This document shows, piece by piece, positions 1 through 10,683 of a stretch of DNA of 64,000 nucleotides. Numbering within the stretch: the stretch's first letter is position 1; every line of letters begins with the position of its first letter. The notes under the pieces were generated by a model that saw only the letters and a program-made list of their open reading frames with translations, did not search any database and was not told the DNA's origin. Source of the stretch: Methanomassiliicoccales archaeon (GTDB lineage Archaea; Thermoplasmatota; Thermoplasmata; SG8-5); assembly GCA_030612505.1 (NCBI GenBank), contig JAUWNU010000001.1:1233-65232 (forward strand). Direction: 5' to 3'. The position numbers and the translations under genes are program-made.

Positions 1-1579
1 CGGCTCGGAGATTGCCACGGCCAGTCCCGCAGAGACCATGACATTTACTTTGAGTCAGCAGCATCTGTCGGAGGGCAATGAGAGATCCTACACCGTCCAG
101 GCAGACATCATTGGCTCGGCCATCGAGGGGCGGACCCTGGGGGCCTGCGTTGTCTCTCCTGAAGACATTGTGCTTACGCAAGGGGTTCTCTGGCAGAATA
201 CCCTCACCTGTCCCTATGACCTTGGGTACATTGTTTCTGTGCCGCCGGGTCTTGTCATTGACGGGGGATTCTCGGACTGGGTCACAAGAGACGAGATTGA
301 TCAAATTAACGAGGGGAGCGTCGGCAAGTCCAGCAGGGTTGACATAGAGGACTTTGGAGCGGTTGATGATGGTTCAGGCATTTTCCTTCATTTCTCCACA
401 GTCAGCAATGTACTGGCTGGCGGCCTTATTCCCCACGCGAACAATATCCGGGCGCCGGGAGAAGATACAAGCACAGAACCTTCTGATCCTTCAAACATTG
501 ATTCTGACAGGGACGGCATTCCAGATGCAGAGGAGCAAGCCGGTTACGAGCATGACTTCAATAATGATGGAATACCAGACCAGGAAAGCAGGGTTGACGG
601 CAGGCCGGATGTTGATGCAGATGGCATTGCAGATTATCCCCATGGAGACGATGAATGGCTGGTGTGGGAAGAGAACGGCCAGGTGCTGGCCGAGATATTT
701 ATAGGAGGGGTTGAGAAGCCCCAAGTAACCGGCGAAGATACCGCCAGAATTTACATTGATTCAGATGGCTTGGTAAATACTGGATATTCAATAGGCGGAA
801 TAGGAGCCGACAGAATGGTGGAATTCATTGGAAAACACGGAAAGGTGAACCAGGCAAGCTACAATATATTCGCCGGCAGCCATTCAGGAGTCTGGAACTG
901 GACATTCCTGGAAGAGCCAGCATACATGAAGGACACCAATGAAATTGAAGCTTATGTGACCATTAACACTGGAGCAAGCCCAACGGTATGGTTCGAGGTG
1001 GTAGCCTGGAATGATGACAGGGATGAATCTGATGAGAATATCAATGCGGTTCTGATCACTTACGGCGTCAGGTCAGGGAGCGGTGATGAACTCATGGCGC
1101 CTTCATGGCCGGTAACGGTATATGGCGTGGTATCAAATACAACCGGACCAGCACCGGACGGAACCTGGGTAACGATTGTGGTCAAGGATGGCGGAGGCAC
1201 GCCTGTCGCTTGGTACAATACAACAACATCGACCACTTACGGGGTCCAAGGAAGATTCGTAAAATCCACTATAACAGTTCAGGACGGGTGGACTATCGAG
1301 CTCAATGTGTCCTATGATTGGGAGGGAACCACCTACACTGGCACAAACAGCACCACAGCATCCAGCGGTACTTATGCCTATAATGTGGATGTGAACACAA
1401 CGTCTGTAGTCATTCCGGAATTTGATGCAATCATAGTTCCAATTTTGATGTTTATTCCAATAATAATCATTACTGGCCGTAGGAAGCGCCAGTTATCTGA
1501 AAGAGCAGGCCAAGGCCCGTACAAACAAATAAGTAATACCAATAACAATGTTATTAAGTTAAAGGAGGAAAGAATATGA
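1..1579 (+). CDS. PEF-CTERM-sorted surface protein, 5' truncated by the window edge
   Basis: The frame is open from the window start. Acidic Ca-binding DxDxDG repeats (DSDRDGIPD, DFNNDGIPD, DVDADGIAD). C-terminal VIPEF + hydrophobic helix + RRKR is a PEF-CTERM archaeosortase signal. Confidence 0.8.
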   Translation, partial: GSEIATASPAETMTFTLSQQHLSEGNERSYTVQADIIGSAIEGRTLGACVVSPEDIVLTQGVLWQNTLTCPYDLGYIVSVPPGLVIDGGFSDWVTRDEIDQINEGSVGKSSRVDIEDFGAVDDGSGIFLHFSTVSNVLAGGLIPHANNIRAPGEDTSTEPSDPSNIDSDRDGIPDAEEQAGYEHDFNNDGIPDQESRVDGRPDVDADGIADYPHGDDEWLVWEENGQVLAEIFIGGVEKPQVTGEDTARIYIDSDGLVNTGYSIGGIGADRMVEFIGKHGKVNQASYNIFAGSHSGVWNWTFLEEPAYMKDTNEIEAYVTINTGASPTVWFEVVAWNDDRDESDENINAVLITYGVRSGSGDELMAPSWPVTVYGVVSNTTGPAPDGTWVTIVVKDGGGTPVAWYNTTTSTTYGVQGRFVKSTITVQDGWTIELNVSYDWEGTTYTGTNSTTASSGTYAYNVDVNTTSVVIPEFDAIIVPILMFIPIIIITGRRKRQLSERAGQGPYKQISNTNNNVIKLKEERI

Positions 1580-1959
1580 AAACAACACCCACAAGTAAGC
1601 CAGTTGGAGGGATGTTACAAGTGGAGACGGGAAAGATGTACACCAAGGCTATTAACCGATTTGTTGAAAACATCAAACATGGAAATCACATCGAGAAAAT
1701 AGTATTGTTTGGCAGTGTGGGGAGAGGGAGTGCGCGCGTGGGAAGTGATGTAGATATTCTTGTAATCGGCAAAGATGCCAAAAGAATAAGAAAAAGTGTG
1801 ATAGGCGCCGCCTCAAAAATCTTATTCGAGGAAGGCATAATCGTTGAATGTATTGTGGTGAACCGACAGGAGTATGAACAGAATAAAAAGTACAACCCTG
1901 CGTTTTATGAAGAAACCAACAAAGGGAGGATATTGTATGAACGAGCACCAGCATCTTAA
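1576..1959 (+). CDS. Minimal nucleotidyltransferase (MNT) antitoxin
   Basis: LFGSVGRG...SDVDILV matches the MNT GS-x10-DxD motif; overlaps a downstream HEPN gene. Confidence 0.85.
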   Translation: MKTTPTSKPVGGMLQVETGKMYTKAINRFVENIKHGNHIEKIVLFGSVGRGSARVGSDVDILVIGKDAKRIRKSVIGAASKILFEEGIIVECIVVNRQEYEQNKKYNPAFYEETNKGRILYERAPAS

Positions 1960-2320
1960 GAAGGCAAGAGAAAAATTAAGAGCTGCAGAAGTTCTGTTTG
2001 ACAGCGATCTATTAGAGGATGCCGCCTCCCGGGCATATTATGCAATGTTTCATGCAGCAAAGGAATATCTCCTTACAAAAGGAGAAAAACCAAGAACCCA
2101 TAGAGGTGTTATCAGCCTGATGTATGATTGGGCGAAAAAGGATGATAACCTTTCTGAAGATTCAATGAAAAGCCTGATGTCTGGCCTTCAGATAAGACTC
2201 GTTTCAGATTACGATATCAAATCCACCCTGGGCAAAGATGAAGTGGAAGAGCTTTTGGACAGTTCCAGGGAATTTGTAGATTATATATGTACTGTCTTGG
2301 AGGTGAATGGTAATGATTAA
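1937..2320 (+). CDS. HEPN-domain protein (toxin partner of MNT)
   Basis: AASRAYYAMFHAAK...PRTHRGV...R..SDY is typical of archaeal HEPN (UPF0332-like). ATG 1937 chosen as start. Confidence 0.85.
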   Translation: MNEHQHLKKAREKLRAAEVLFDSDLLEDAASRAYYAMFHAAKEYLLTKGEKPRTHRGVISLMYDWAKKDDNLSEDSMKSLMSGLQIRLVSDYDIKSTLGKDEVEELLDSSREFVDYICTVLEVNGND

Positions 2321-2348
2321 TGTTTCTATTGATGCTACAAATGTCCTC

Positions 2349-2364
2349 AAAAGATATTTAAAGG
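2349..2364 (+). promoter_or_regulatory. Putative BRE/TATA promoter of the FG-GAP protein gene
   Basis: aaaagatatttaaagg lies ~40 nt upstream of ATG 2402; gaggtga RBS before the start. Confidence 0.5.
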
Positions 2365-2401
2365 GGAGAATACAATATAATAAAACAAAAGAGGTGAGAA
2401 G

Positions 2402-5400
2402 ATGAAATTCAGCACTGACCGGTGGGCGGTCAAATTAGTGAGCTTTGTTATCGTACTATCCATGGTATGCATGACTGCACTGCCATTGGCAACAGGGGAC
2501 GACCTGTTCGAGATTGCCAGTGGTGAAGGTGACTCTGGAGCCGGCACCACATCAAATTTTGGATGGAATGTATCCAAAGCAGGAGACGTGAATGGTGACG
2601 GCATTGATGATTTCATTGTTGGAGCCCCTAATGCGGATTATCTGGCTGTTACAGACTGCGGTGCCGCTTTTATCTACTTTGGATATGACGGTATTCAGGA
2701 CGCTGATTTGAATGCCAGCAATGCCAATGTTTCAATTTACGGTACAGCAGCCAGCGGTCATTTCGGCTGGGATGTGGCCGATGCAGGAGATGTCAATGGC
2801 GGTAATGTTGACATCATAATCGGTGAGCCAGATAATGGAAATGGCAAGGCTTACATTTACTATGGCTCTGGTGCCATGAGTGCGACCATGACCACGGCAG
2901 ATGCCGATGTGACAATAACAGGGGAGGCCAGTGGCGATGATTTTGGAAAAGCAGGACCAGGGGCGGGGAATACCGACGACTCTGGAAATGCCGATGTGAT
3001 TGTGGGAGCGCCGGAGGCAGATTCTGCCAAGGGAGCGGCCTACATTTTCTATGATAGCTCCATGGCTGCAGCAATTGCTGCCGGGAATGCAGATGTTATC
3101 ATGAATGGAAAACATACAGATGGAAAATTCGGCAGTTCTGTTTCATCTGCTGGTAACACGGATGGAGTTGGCGGCACAGAGGTTGTTATAGGGGAGCCTG
3201 GTAGTGATCGGGCATATGTCTATTATCCACCATCTGACCAGACCGCCAATGCCGATGACCCAGTATTTGGGACAGTGGGCAATGATTATACCTACACCCA
3301 GTCGAGTAATAATGGTTATGAGATAATCGAGGAGGAAGCTGGCGCAGGTGGCAGAGTGGATCTATGGGGAACTCATGATATGACAACAGGAATACCTACC
3401 GGATGGTCAGATTATGATGCTGGTGGTTCGGTCAGTGCAAACACATGGTTCGCTCTGGCAGCCCCAACAACCCCGCCGACACAGGGAGATGCTCCAGTTA
3501 TCTGGATAAACTGGGAATTACCGTATAATAATAGAGCACTGGAAACAGAGGCATTTGACTTCGCCACTTACTCGGGTGTGGAAATGAATTTCGAGCACTT
3601 CATGAACGCTGCCTATTTAGATGACTTGCATCTCGAATGGGACAATACTGGAGGAGGTGCTGGTGGAACATGGAACCTGATACAGACATGGACTGCTGAC
3701 GGTACATGGACTGACTGGACAATTCGAAACGCCATTGACTGCAGTGCAGTTGATGGATTGAGCGATGTGCGATTCAGGTTCAGGTATGAGGCGACAGACG
3801 GTAACAGCAACGGAATAGACTACGTAAAAGTGACTGGCAATGAACCAACCACAAGCAAATTAGAACACAAATGGACAATCCCTGTAACCACAGGCGGCAC
3901 GTTCTACATCGAAGCCAATAGAACAGATAAGCTCGAAGGGGATACATTAAACTTCTATTACTCGCTCACAGGCACTGGCACAGTGGGAGATACTGGTGCA
4001 GGATGGGTATCGATGATGAGCCAAATCACGATTCCCACAAATGGTGACCCGAACAGCTACCAGACTTATTCCGATTCAACCCTGGACACTTTCACTGGCA
4101 CGTTATATATCGGTGTTGTTGACGCAGACAGAACAAGTGGACTAACATTGAAGGATGTGCTCTGTGTGGACCATATGTTTGTTCGGGGAATACCATTCAA
4201 GGAGCTTGTGGGTGAAAGAATAACACAGAACACAGATTATACGGCGACGGCGGATTCTGCGGTATCTGGAACAGTAACTCCCTCGACAGATGGTTACCAG
4301 AAAACCCAGGCCACAGATGATGATTATGAATCAATACAGGAAATATCTGTTGCAGCCACATACGACTATGATTATACCACAGACGAATGGTTTACCCAGT
4401 CTGACTCACACACGAACGACCACACAGCCACGCAGGTGCAGGGTGGCAATACAGAGGATATTGTTGAGCTGAGTGTACCTGGTGCCCCTGTACCTACCAC
4501 TGAAACCAGATATATGAGAGGCGACCAGCACACGATCAATACCTTGACAGCTTACCAGCTCGGGACCACGCAGTCCTCCACAGCCCGATCGAGCCTCCTT
4601 GAGCAAACCGGGGCTGGTGGTGGCACAGTTAACTGGGGAATCAGAGTGTGGGGGATAGATAGCGACGGCACCGAGACGGAAATTACATCGGGAACGCCTG
4701 TTGCTCAAGTGAGCAGGGCGACAGCTGGTGAGGGTATACAGTCCAACACCTGGGCCTGCCCCCAGACAGGTATAACTGACACTGACGCCATCGTTGTCAG
4801 AGTTTACGCTGAACTCTCTGGTGTGATAGCCTGGACTGAGCAAGCCGAATTTATCAGTGAGCAATTGGGAGCAACCTTATTAGAGGATGTCACTTGGACA
4901 GTTTATTACTATACCCAGTATGCCACAGTAAGTGGTGGTGCCCCTGGTGGTAGATATACAAGAGGGTGGTTCCATTGGGGAGATGCCGCACACGACTCCA
5001 GGATAGATAACTTCGTGTGGAGCGTTCCTGGCCCAGCTCACTACAGCCTCGAGCAAAAATGGCAGTTCACTGATACGCCTTTGGCAGCTTCGCAATATGA
5101 ATTCCATGCCTTTGTAGGTTGGGATGGTGCTGGTGCTGGAGATGACACATTTGAATACTGGTATTCAACAACAGGCGCAGATCCTGTGGGGGGTGCAGGC
5201 TGGACCCTTATGTTCACTGACTCAACCTCAGCTGTAAACGAGCAGACCTTCGACCTTGACAATGATGGGTATACTGGAGGAGCCTTATATGTCGGGGTTA
5301 TTGACACCGATAGCTCAGGCGATGGTCAAGACACGCTGATTGTTGATTATTTGTATGTGGAAACAGTAATCACACCAGCTTATTCGTCATTAGAACATAA

Positions 5401-8383
5401 ATGGACCTTCGCAGGTGTCACGGCAGGAACCGATACAACATTCTATCTCGAAGCCTATCGCACCAATCTGGATGCCGAGAACATGGAATTCTATTACTCG
5501 ACTTCAGGAAGCGGAAGTGTAAGCACCTGGACACCGATGTTTGATGTGACAGCTACATCAGATCCAGGCCCCCCTGGCCAAACATTTTCAGATGCAATTC
5601 TGGATGCATATACTGGTACGCTCTATGTCGGTGTAATAGATGCCTCATCTGGAGATACAAATCAGGACACAATTTACATTGACCACATGTATTTCAGGGC
5701 ATCTGGCTCAGCATTACCATCGGATTTCGGATTTGATGTTGCCAACATGGGCAATATAAATGACGATGGCAGTGGCACGCCGGACATAGCGATAACCGAC
5801 CCAACTGGCAATAATGGATATACCTATATTTGGGAAGACGGCAATTTCGAAGGCTCATCATCAAGGGAAGATACAGATTTGGCACATTTCACAGCATCTG
5901 GAAGCAGTCTGGCGGACGGAAGCAATCCGAGTAATAACATATTTGCCACATCTGGTGGGGACTTGAATTTGAGTGCTAATATAATCTTTGAAGATGATTT
6001 TGAGGATGACTTTGCAGGGCAGGACCCAGATGATCCACCATGGGGCATACCCACAGAAGACGCTGGTACGAATGTAGAGATAAGCGGCACTGTGAGTCAA
6101 GGTGGTTCTCAGTCCATGATGCTTGACGATGATGCAAGTGCTGATACAACTGGATGTAGCATCGTATCCGATAATTTTGCAGCTACAACGGCAGGTGTGA
6201 TAGAATTCTGGGCCAGATGCACTGACCAGGTAAGCGCCAGTGAACAGTTTGTCATATCCGCCAGAAGTGGTACAACTGATGCAATCCTGGTTGGATTCAT
6301 GGAAGATAGTTTCTGTTATGAGATCGGTACTACAGTCACAATATTTGGTTCATATACACAAAGCCAGTGGTATCATTTTAAGCTTGTATTCGATGCCGCA
6401 ACAGTTACATATGATTATTACATAGATGATGTTTTGAGGTGGGATGATCTTGATTTTACAAATGCTGTGGCTAGCATCAACAACATTGAGATCACAACAA
6501 AACCTTTCAATTTTGTTCCTGATCGTGGTGCCACTCAAGCACTGGGCTACATAGATGATATAATAATATATGAGCCATATGACACCCCAGGCTATTACAC
6601 ATCGTCAACGACCACAGCACCTGGTTACATAACAGCTGTTAAACCATTTTGGAATCTTACAACCCCCGGCGGAACCACAGCCTGGCTCAACATATCAAGG
6701 GATGGCGGCATAACATGGAATCAAAGTGCTTTGACAAATGGCTATTGGTACACCTTCCCAAGTGAGGGTATTGGCAAGGAGCTGTGCTATAAAATTGAGA
6801 TGTCAACCACCAATACCATCACCCCAGTTTTGCAGGATGTCACTCTCTATTACAAATATTGCACACCCGCGAGTATTACATTCACTGGAACTGGTTCTGG
6901 AGACAAGTTCGGCTTCTCGGCAGCTTCAGCTGGAGACATTGATGGTGATGGCATCGATGATTTACTGGTCGGGGCACCTTATAATGATACTGCCGACGGC
7001 ACCAACCCAAATGGCGGGGGCGTATTCGCCTTCTGCGGCGGAGCCTATTTATCTGGCACGATTAGCGCCAGCAATGCCAATTACACCTTCTATGGCGGTA
7101 CAGCAGGTGATATGCTGGGCTATTCAGTTGGAACGATTGGCAACTTCAACAGCCACGGTAATGATGATGTAATAGTCGGAATACCGTTCAACAATTCCAA
7201 TGCTGGCTCTGCGATTGCGCTTTCCATCGCACTGCCAATGAAGACTGCGGTATCCTTCACAGTCGAAGAGCACGGCCTTGAGCCAGAAGCCAAAGTAAAT
7301 ATATCCTGGACAAAGGTAAACGGAGCCACAAAATACAATATTTACCGCTCCGATACTCCGTGGGGATTTGACTTTGGCACACCCGATGCCACTGTGGACG
7401 CGCCAGCCCTTTCATGGGTGGATACAAATGCTCCCAGGAACACTGCCAACCCTCACAACGCCACTTCGTATTATTATGCGGTAAGGGCGGAGAATGCGCT
7501 GGCCGAGAAAGGTCCGTACAAGATATTTGCCATTCACAGGATGGACCTGGTGGACCAATGGAATTTCATCACCTGGTTGTCCAATGAGACCATGGACATT
7601 GAAACTGAAGCATTTGCCAATTTGGAGGCTGATGATGGAGCCAACCCCACCACATTCATTTACGACAAAGTTGAGAGATGGGACCCGGCTAGCCAGGCTG
7701 ATTGGGAATCTTATACCACAGACGGCGATCTCGGCCCCTTCTCTGACATGGCGCCTGGTTATGCCTATGCCATCAATTGCCGGGTTGACGCGGTCTGGAC
7801 TTACGTTGAGGACTGCGGTGTTCCATCCATCTCCACCGCAGATGATTCAGCTCTGGCCGCACCCGGGAGCTTCACGCTGGCGAGGAACGGTGCGAATCCA
7901 AGCCATGTGGACCTCAGCTGGAATACTGTGGCAACCGCAGACCATTACAATATCTACCGCTCTTTCACAAAGTGGGGCTTTGATTTCAACAACCCGATCC
8001 ACAGCACTGCCGACGGTGCGGTGACCAGCTGGACAGATACCACATCCACCCAGGAGAACGGGGCCTACAATGCATCTGTTTATTACTATATCATAAGAAC
8101 CGTGGATGCCAGTGGAGATATCGAGAAGAACCTGAATGCCGCCGCCATGCACAGAATGGACTTCAGGAACGGAATCAACTACATGAGCTGGACACCACAC
8201 GAGACAGTGTCGGAGGAAACGGCACTGGCAAGCCTTGTTCCCTTTGTCGATTACATCTCGGTGGAGCAATGGGATGAATCGACCCAGGTCTTTAACCCGG
8301 CGGTAGCCAACTTCGAAAGGGGATATGGATACGGGATCAATGCAATACAGGCCTGCACCTGGACATATGTAGAATATGCATGA
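2402..8383 (+). CDS. 1993-aa secreted FG-GAP (integrin-alpha-like propeller) multidomain adhesin with FN3-like and GWNL-like C-terminal modules
   Basis: Signal peptide; repeated FG..V..AGDVNGDG.DD.IVGAP blades; inserted beta-sandwich domains; two YNIYRS...YYY.VR FN3-like repeats; no C-terminal TM helix. Confidence 0.8.
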   Translation: MKFSTDRWAVKLVSFVIVLSMVCMTALPLATGDDLFEIASGEGDSGAGTTSNFGWNVSKAGDVNGDGIDDFIVGAPNADYLAVTDCGAAFIYFGYDGIQDADLNASNANVSIYGTAASGHFGWDVADAGDVNGGNVDIIIGEPDNGNGKAYIYYGSGAMSATMTTADADVTITGEASGDDFGKAGPGAGNTDDSGNADVIVGAPEADSAKGAAYIFYDSSMAAAIAAGNADVIMNGKHTDGKFGSSVSSAGNTDGVGGTEVVIGEPGSDRAYVYYPPSDQTANADDPVFGTVGNDYTYTQSSNNGYEIIEEEAGAGGRVDLWGTHDMTTGIPTGWSDYDAGGSVSANTWFALAAPTTPPTQGDAPVIWINWELPYNNRALETEAFDFATYSGVEMNFEHFMNAAYLDDLHLEWDNTGGGAGGTWNLIQTWTADGTWTDWTIRNAIDCSAVDGLSDVRFRFRYEATDGNSNGIDYVKVTGNEPTTSKLEHKWTIPVTTGGTFYIEANRTDKLEGDTLNFYYSLTGTGTVGDTGAGWVSMMSQITIPTNGDPNSYQTYSDSTLDTFTGTLYIGVVDADRTSGLTLKDVLCVDHMFVRGIPFKELVGERITQNTDYTATADSAVSGTVTPSTDGYQKTQATDDDYESIQEISVAATYDYDYTTDEWFTQSDSHTNDHTATQVQGGNTEDIVELSVPGAPVPTTETRYMRGDQHTINTLTAYQLGTTQSSTARSSLLEQTGAGGGTVNWGIRVWGIDSDGTETEITSGTPVAQVSRATAGEGIQSNTWACPQTGITDTDAIVVRVYAELSGVIAWTEQAEFISEQLGATLLEDVTWTVYYYTQYATVSGGAPGGRYTRGWFHWGDAAHDSRIDNFVWSVPGPAHYSLEQKWQFTDTPLAASQYEFHAFVGWDGAGAGDDTFEYWYSTTGADPVGGAGWTLMFTDSTSAVNEQTFDLDNDGYTGGALYVGVIDTDSSGDGQDTLIVDYLYVETVITPAYSSLEHKWTFAGVTAGTDTTFYLEAYRTNLDAENMEFYYSTSGSGSVSTWTPMFDVTATSDPGPPGQTFSDAILDAYTGTLYVGVIDASSGDTNQDTIYIDHMYFRASGSALPSDFGFDVANMGNINDDGSGTPDIAITDPTGNNGYTYIWEDGNFEGSSSREDTDLAHFTASGSSLADGSNPSNNIFATSGGDLNLSANIIFEDDFEDDFAGQDPDDPPWGIPTEDAGTNVEISGTVSQGGSQSMMLDDDASADTTGCSIVSDNFAATTAGVIEFWARCTDQVSASEQFVISARSGTTDAILVGFMEDSFCYEIGTTVTIFGSYTQSQWYHFKLVFDAATVTYDYYIDDVLRWDDLDFTNAVASINNIEITTKPFNFVPDRGATQALGYIDDIIIYEPYDTPGYYTSSTTTAPGYITAVKPFWNLTTPGGTTAWLNISRDGGITWNQSALTNGYWYTFPSEGIGKELCYKIEMSTTNTITPVLQDVTLYYKYCTPASITFTGTGSGDKFGFSAASAGDIDGDGIDDLLVGAPYNDTADGTNPNGGGVFAFCGGAYLSGTISASNANYTFYGGTAGDMLGYSVGTIGNFNSHGNDDVIVGIPFNNSNAGSAIALSIALPMKTAVSFTVEEHGLEPEAKVNISWTKVNGATKYNIYRSDTPWGFDFGTPDATVDAPALSWVDTNAPRNTANPHNATSYYYAVRAENALAEKGPYKIFAIHRMDLVDQWNFITWLSNETMDIETEAFANLEADDGANPTTFIYDKVERWDPASQADWESYTTDGDLGPFSDMAPGYAYAINCRVDAVWTYVEDCGVPSISTADDSALAAPGSFTLARNGANPSHVDLSWNTVATADHYNIYRSFTKWGFDFNNPIHSTADGAVTSWTDTTSTQENGAYNASVYYYIIRTVDASGDIEKNLNAAAMHRMDFRNGINYMSWTPHETVSEETALASLVPFVDYISVEQWDESTQVFNPAVANFERGYGYGINAIQACTWTYVEYA

Positions 8384-8391
8384 GGTGACCG

Positions 8392-10221
8392 ATGAGGCTC
8401 AACAGGCTTCTGTCGTTATTTGTCTTTGCTTCATTGATAGCCAGTATGGTCTTTGCTCATGTTCCGAATAATACCAGAGCAGCCCCCTTTACAATCACTG
8501 TACAGGGCAGCGTATTCAATGCCACTGGAGTGCCTGCACCAATAGGGACCGATGTGAACATCACGATTTATGACGGTGCGGTTCTCAATGGCGTATATCA
8601 AGCCAAAGTACTGGATTCCTTTGGCTTTTACTATAATGATTCGGTGAGCGCAGACAACGGCTTTATTATATCTGTCAATGCCAGCTTTGATTCCTTCTTC
8701 GATTATTCCAATGATACTGTAATGGCTGGCGATGCAAACTATGTGATCCACCTGGGCCAGGTAATTTATGGAGCCAGTATATCGGCCCCGGCAGATGATG
8801 AGGGGCTTCCAGGGACAACCATCACCTACATGTTCACTGTCGAAAACGAGGGCAATGTCAAGGACAAATATGACTTAAGTATTCTTTCACAATCCGGCTG
8901 GCCAGTATCCATAATTGATTCATATCAGACAGGTATTCTGATGCCCGGCGAAAGCGTTTTTGTAAATGTCAGCGTCACCATACCGGCGGAAGAACTGGCC
9001 CATGACACAGACACCATCACTCTGCGGGCCGAATCGGTCCTGGACCCAGGAAATGCCGGCACGGCAACGGCAACCACCACGGTACTGCTGTCTCCGGGGG
9101 TGGAGGTTATCCCGTCCCCAACAGCATCTGGCTATCCTGGCGATGCTGTCACAATGATGTTCCAGGTCAAGAATCTGGGCAACGGTCAGGATTCATTTCA
9201 CCTGACCGCTTCAATCGATGACCCGGGCTGGCAGTTCAATATGGAACCCGCCTCGGACACGGCCTTGCTGGCATCAAATAAAAGGGCATATATCAATATT
9301 ACAGTACAAGTGCCAGTAGATTCACTCTACAACGATTATGCCCTGGTCAATCTGAGGGCCGAATCCAATGCCGATTCTTCGGTCTCGGATGAGGAGGACC
9401 AGATGATAAGCACACTTCATGCCGCTGGCCTGGAATTGACAGGCCCGGACTCGGCAATCAAGGGCCACCCTGGCGGAATTGCGCAAGCCACCCTGTCATT
9501 GAAGAACACTGGCAATGGTCCGGACACCTTCACGTTCATTGTGTCCGCCACCCCCGACTGGGATCTAGATATGGCAACCGGCACCCTGGCGGGAGTCAGA
9601 TACGGTGAAGCCAGGAACTTCACTGTTGATTTAATCATTCCGACATCGGCCAGCATTGGAGAAGAGGTGGAAATCGAGGTGACGGCCAGCTCTGCCTCAG
9701 ATGCATCGAAAACCGACTCTGTCACATATATAATTCAAGTGGTTGCCAACAGGGAGCCGGTCGCCGTGATCTCATCCCCTGAGAACGGTGCAAATTACAC
9801 CACCAATGATACTATAGTCTTCAATGGTTCGGCCAGCCATGACCCGGAACACGATGAGCTGGTATTCAACTGGACATCCAGCATTGATGGAAACCTTGGC
9901 ACTTCAGCCGAATTCACTGCCAAACTCACTGCCGGAACCCACATAATCACATTGACGGTGGATGATGGCTTTGGGGGGCGCGACCAGAAAACCGTGACAA
10001 TCACGGTCACGGTGCCAGATGATTCAGGTACCCCTGGCGGCGATTCTCCGAACAACATCTACTTTTTACTGCTGGCCATAATCATAATTACCATAATTGT
10101 ATTTTTCATTGGATCCAGGTTCAGGAAAAAGCCGGAAACTGATGGCGATTATGTTGAACCGTCGGGCGACGAAGCCGAGAGAGAAAAATGGAGGAGGAAG
10201 AGAAATGCCGCCGGAGAATAA
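8392..10221 (+). CDS. Membrane-anchored surface protein with NEW3/CARDB-like Ig repeats and a PKD domain
   Basis: Signal peptide; three N.GN..D.(Y/F).L repeats; PKD motif (FNGSASHDPEHDEL.F.W...GTHIITLTVDDG); C-terminal TM helix + basic tail. Confidence 0.8.
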   Translation: MRLNRLLSLFVFASLIASMVFAHVPNNTRAAPFTITVQGSVFNATGVPAPIGTDVNITIYDGAVLNGVYQAKVLDSFGFYYNDSVSADNGFIISVNASFDSFFDYSNDTVMAGDANYVIHLGQVIYGASISAPADDEGLPGTTITYMFTVENEGNVKDKYDLSILSQSGWPVSIIDSYQTGILMPGESVFVNVSVTIPAEELAHDTDTITLRAESVLDPGNAGTATATTTVLLSPGVEVIPSPTASGYPGDAVTMMFQVKNLGNGQDSFHLTASIDDPGWQFNMEPASDTALLASNKRAYINITVQVPVDSLYNDYALVNLRAESNADSSVSDEEDQMISTLHAAGLELTGPDSAIKGHPGGIAQATLSLKNTGNGPDTFTFIVSATPDWDLDMATGTLAGVRYGEARNFTVDLIIPTSASIGEEVEIEVTASSASDASKTDSVTYIIQVVANREPVAVISSPENGANYTTNDTIVFNGSASHDPEHDELVFNWTSSIDGNLGTSAEFTAKLTAGTHIITLTVDDGFGGRDQKTVTITVTVPDDSGTPGGDSPNNIYFLLLAIIIITIIVFFIGSRFRKKPETDGDYVEPSGDEAEREKWRRKRNAAGE

Positions 10222-10306
10222 GAAATTCATTGAGGAGTTCATGGAATGTTGGAAGCGGTTCGAGGCCAGGGATTCGGGTGCTGGGGCGAAAGATACTTAA
10301 TGATGG
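10205..10306 (+). repeat. Direct repeat copy 1: micro-ORF MPPENKKFIEEFMECWKRFEARDSGAGAKDT plus promoter-like cgaaagatacttaa
   Basis: The ~57-nt core 10250-10306 nearly matches 11080-11136. Confidence 0.8.
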
Positions 10307-10389
10307 AAAGGTATATTCAATTAAACCAAATGACAGGAAATGATAAATCGCACTCATAACAATATATTTCAAGTGAAGGAGGAACGAGG

Positions 10390-10683
10390 ATGAAAAGCTT
10401 AGAAAAAATACAATCCATCTTATCTACACACAAAGAGGATATAAGGAAGAAGTATGGAGTTAAAGAGATAGGCATCTTTGGCTCCTTTGTGAGAGGTGAG
10501 CAGAAGGAAACAAGTGATGTTGATGTTCTCGTGGATTTTGAAGAAGTGCCTGATCTATTAAAGTTTATAGAGCTGGAAAGGTATCTTGAGGAACTTCTGG
10601 GCATTAAGGCGGACCTTGTGAGAAAACAGGCGATAAGGAAAGAGTTGAAGGATAGGATATTAGGGGAGGCTGGAATGGTATGA
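10390..10683 (+). CDS. MNT nucleotidyltransferase antitoxin (MntA-like)
   Basis: IGIFGSFVRGEQKETSDVDVLVDF motif; overlaps a DUF86 gene. Confidence 0.9.
   Translation: MKSLEKIQSILSTHKEDIRKKYGVKEIGIFGSFVRGEQKETSDVDVLVDFEEVPDLLKFIELERYLEELLGIKADLVRKQAIRKELKDRILGEAGMV

Noticed and set aside
10250-10306. Repeats flanking the TA cassettes as integron attC sites
   Set aside because: No RYYYAAC/GTTRRRY ends or long imperfect palindrome, and no integrase.
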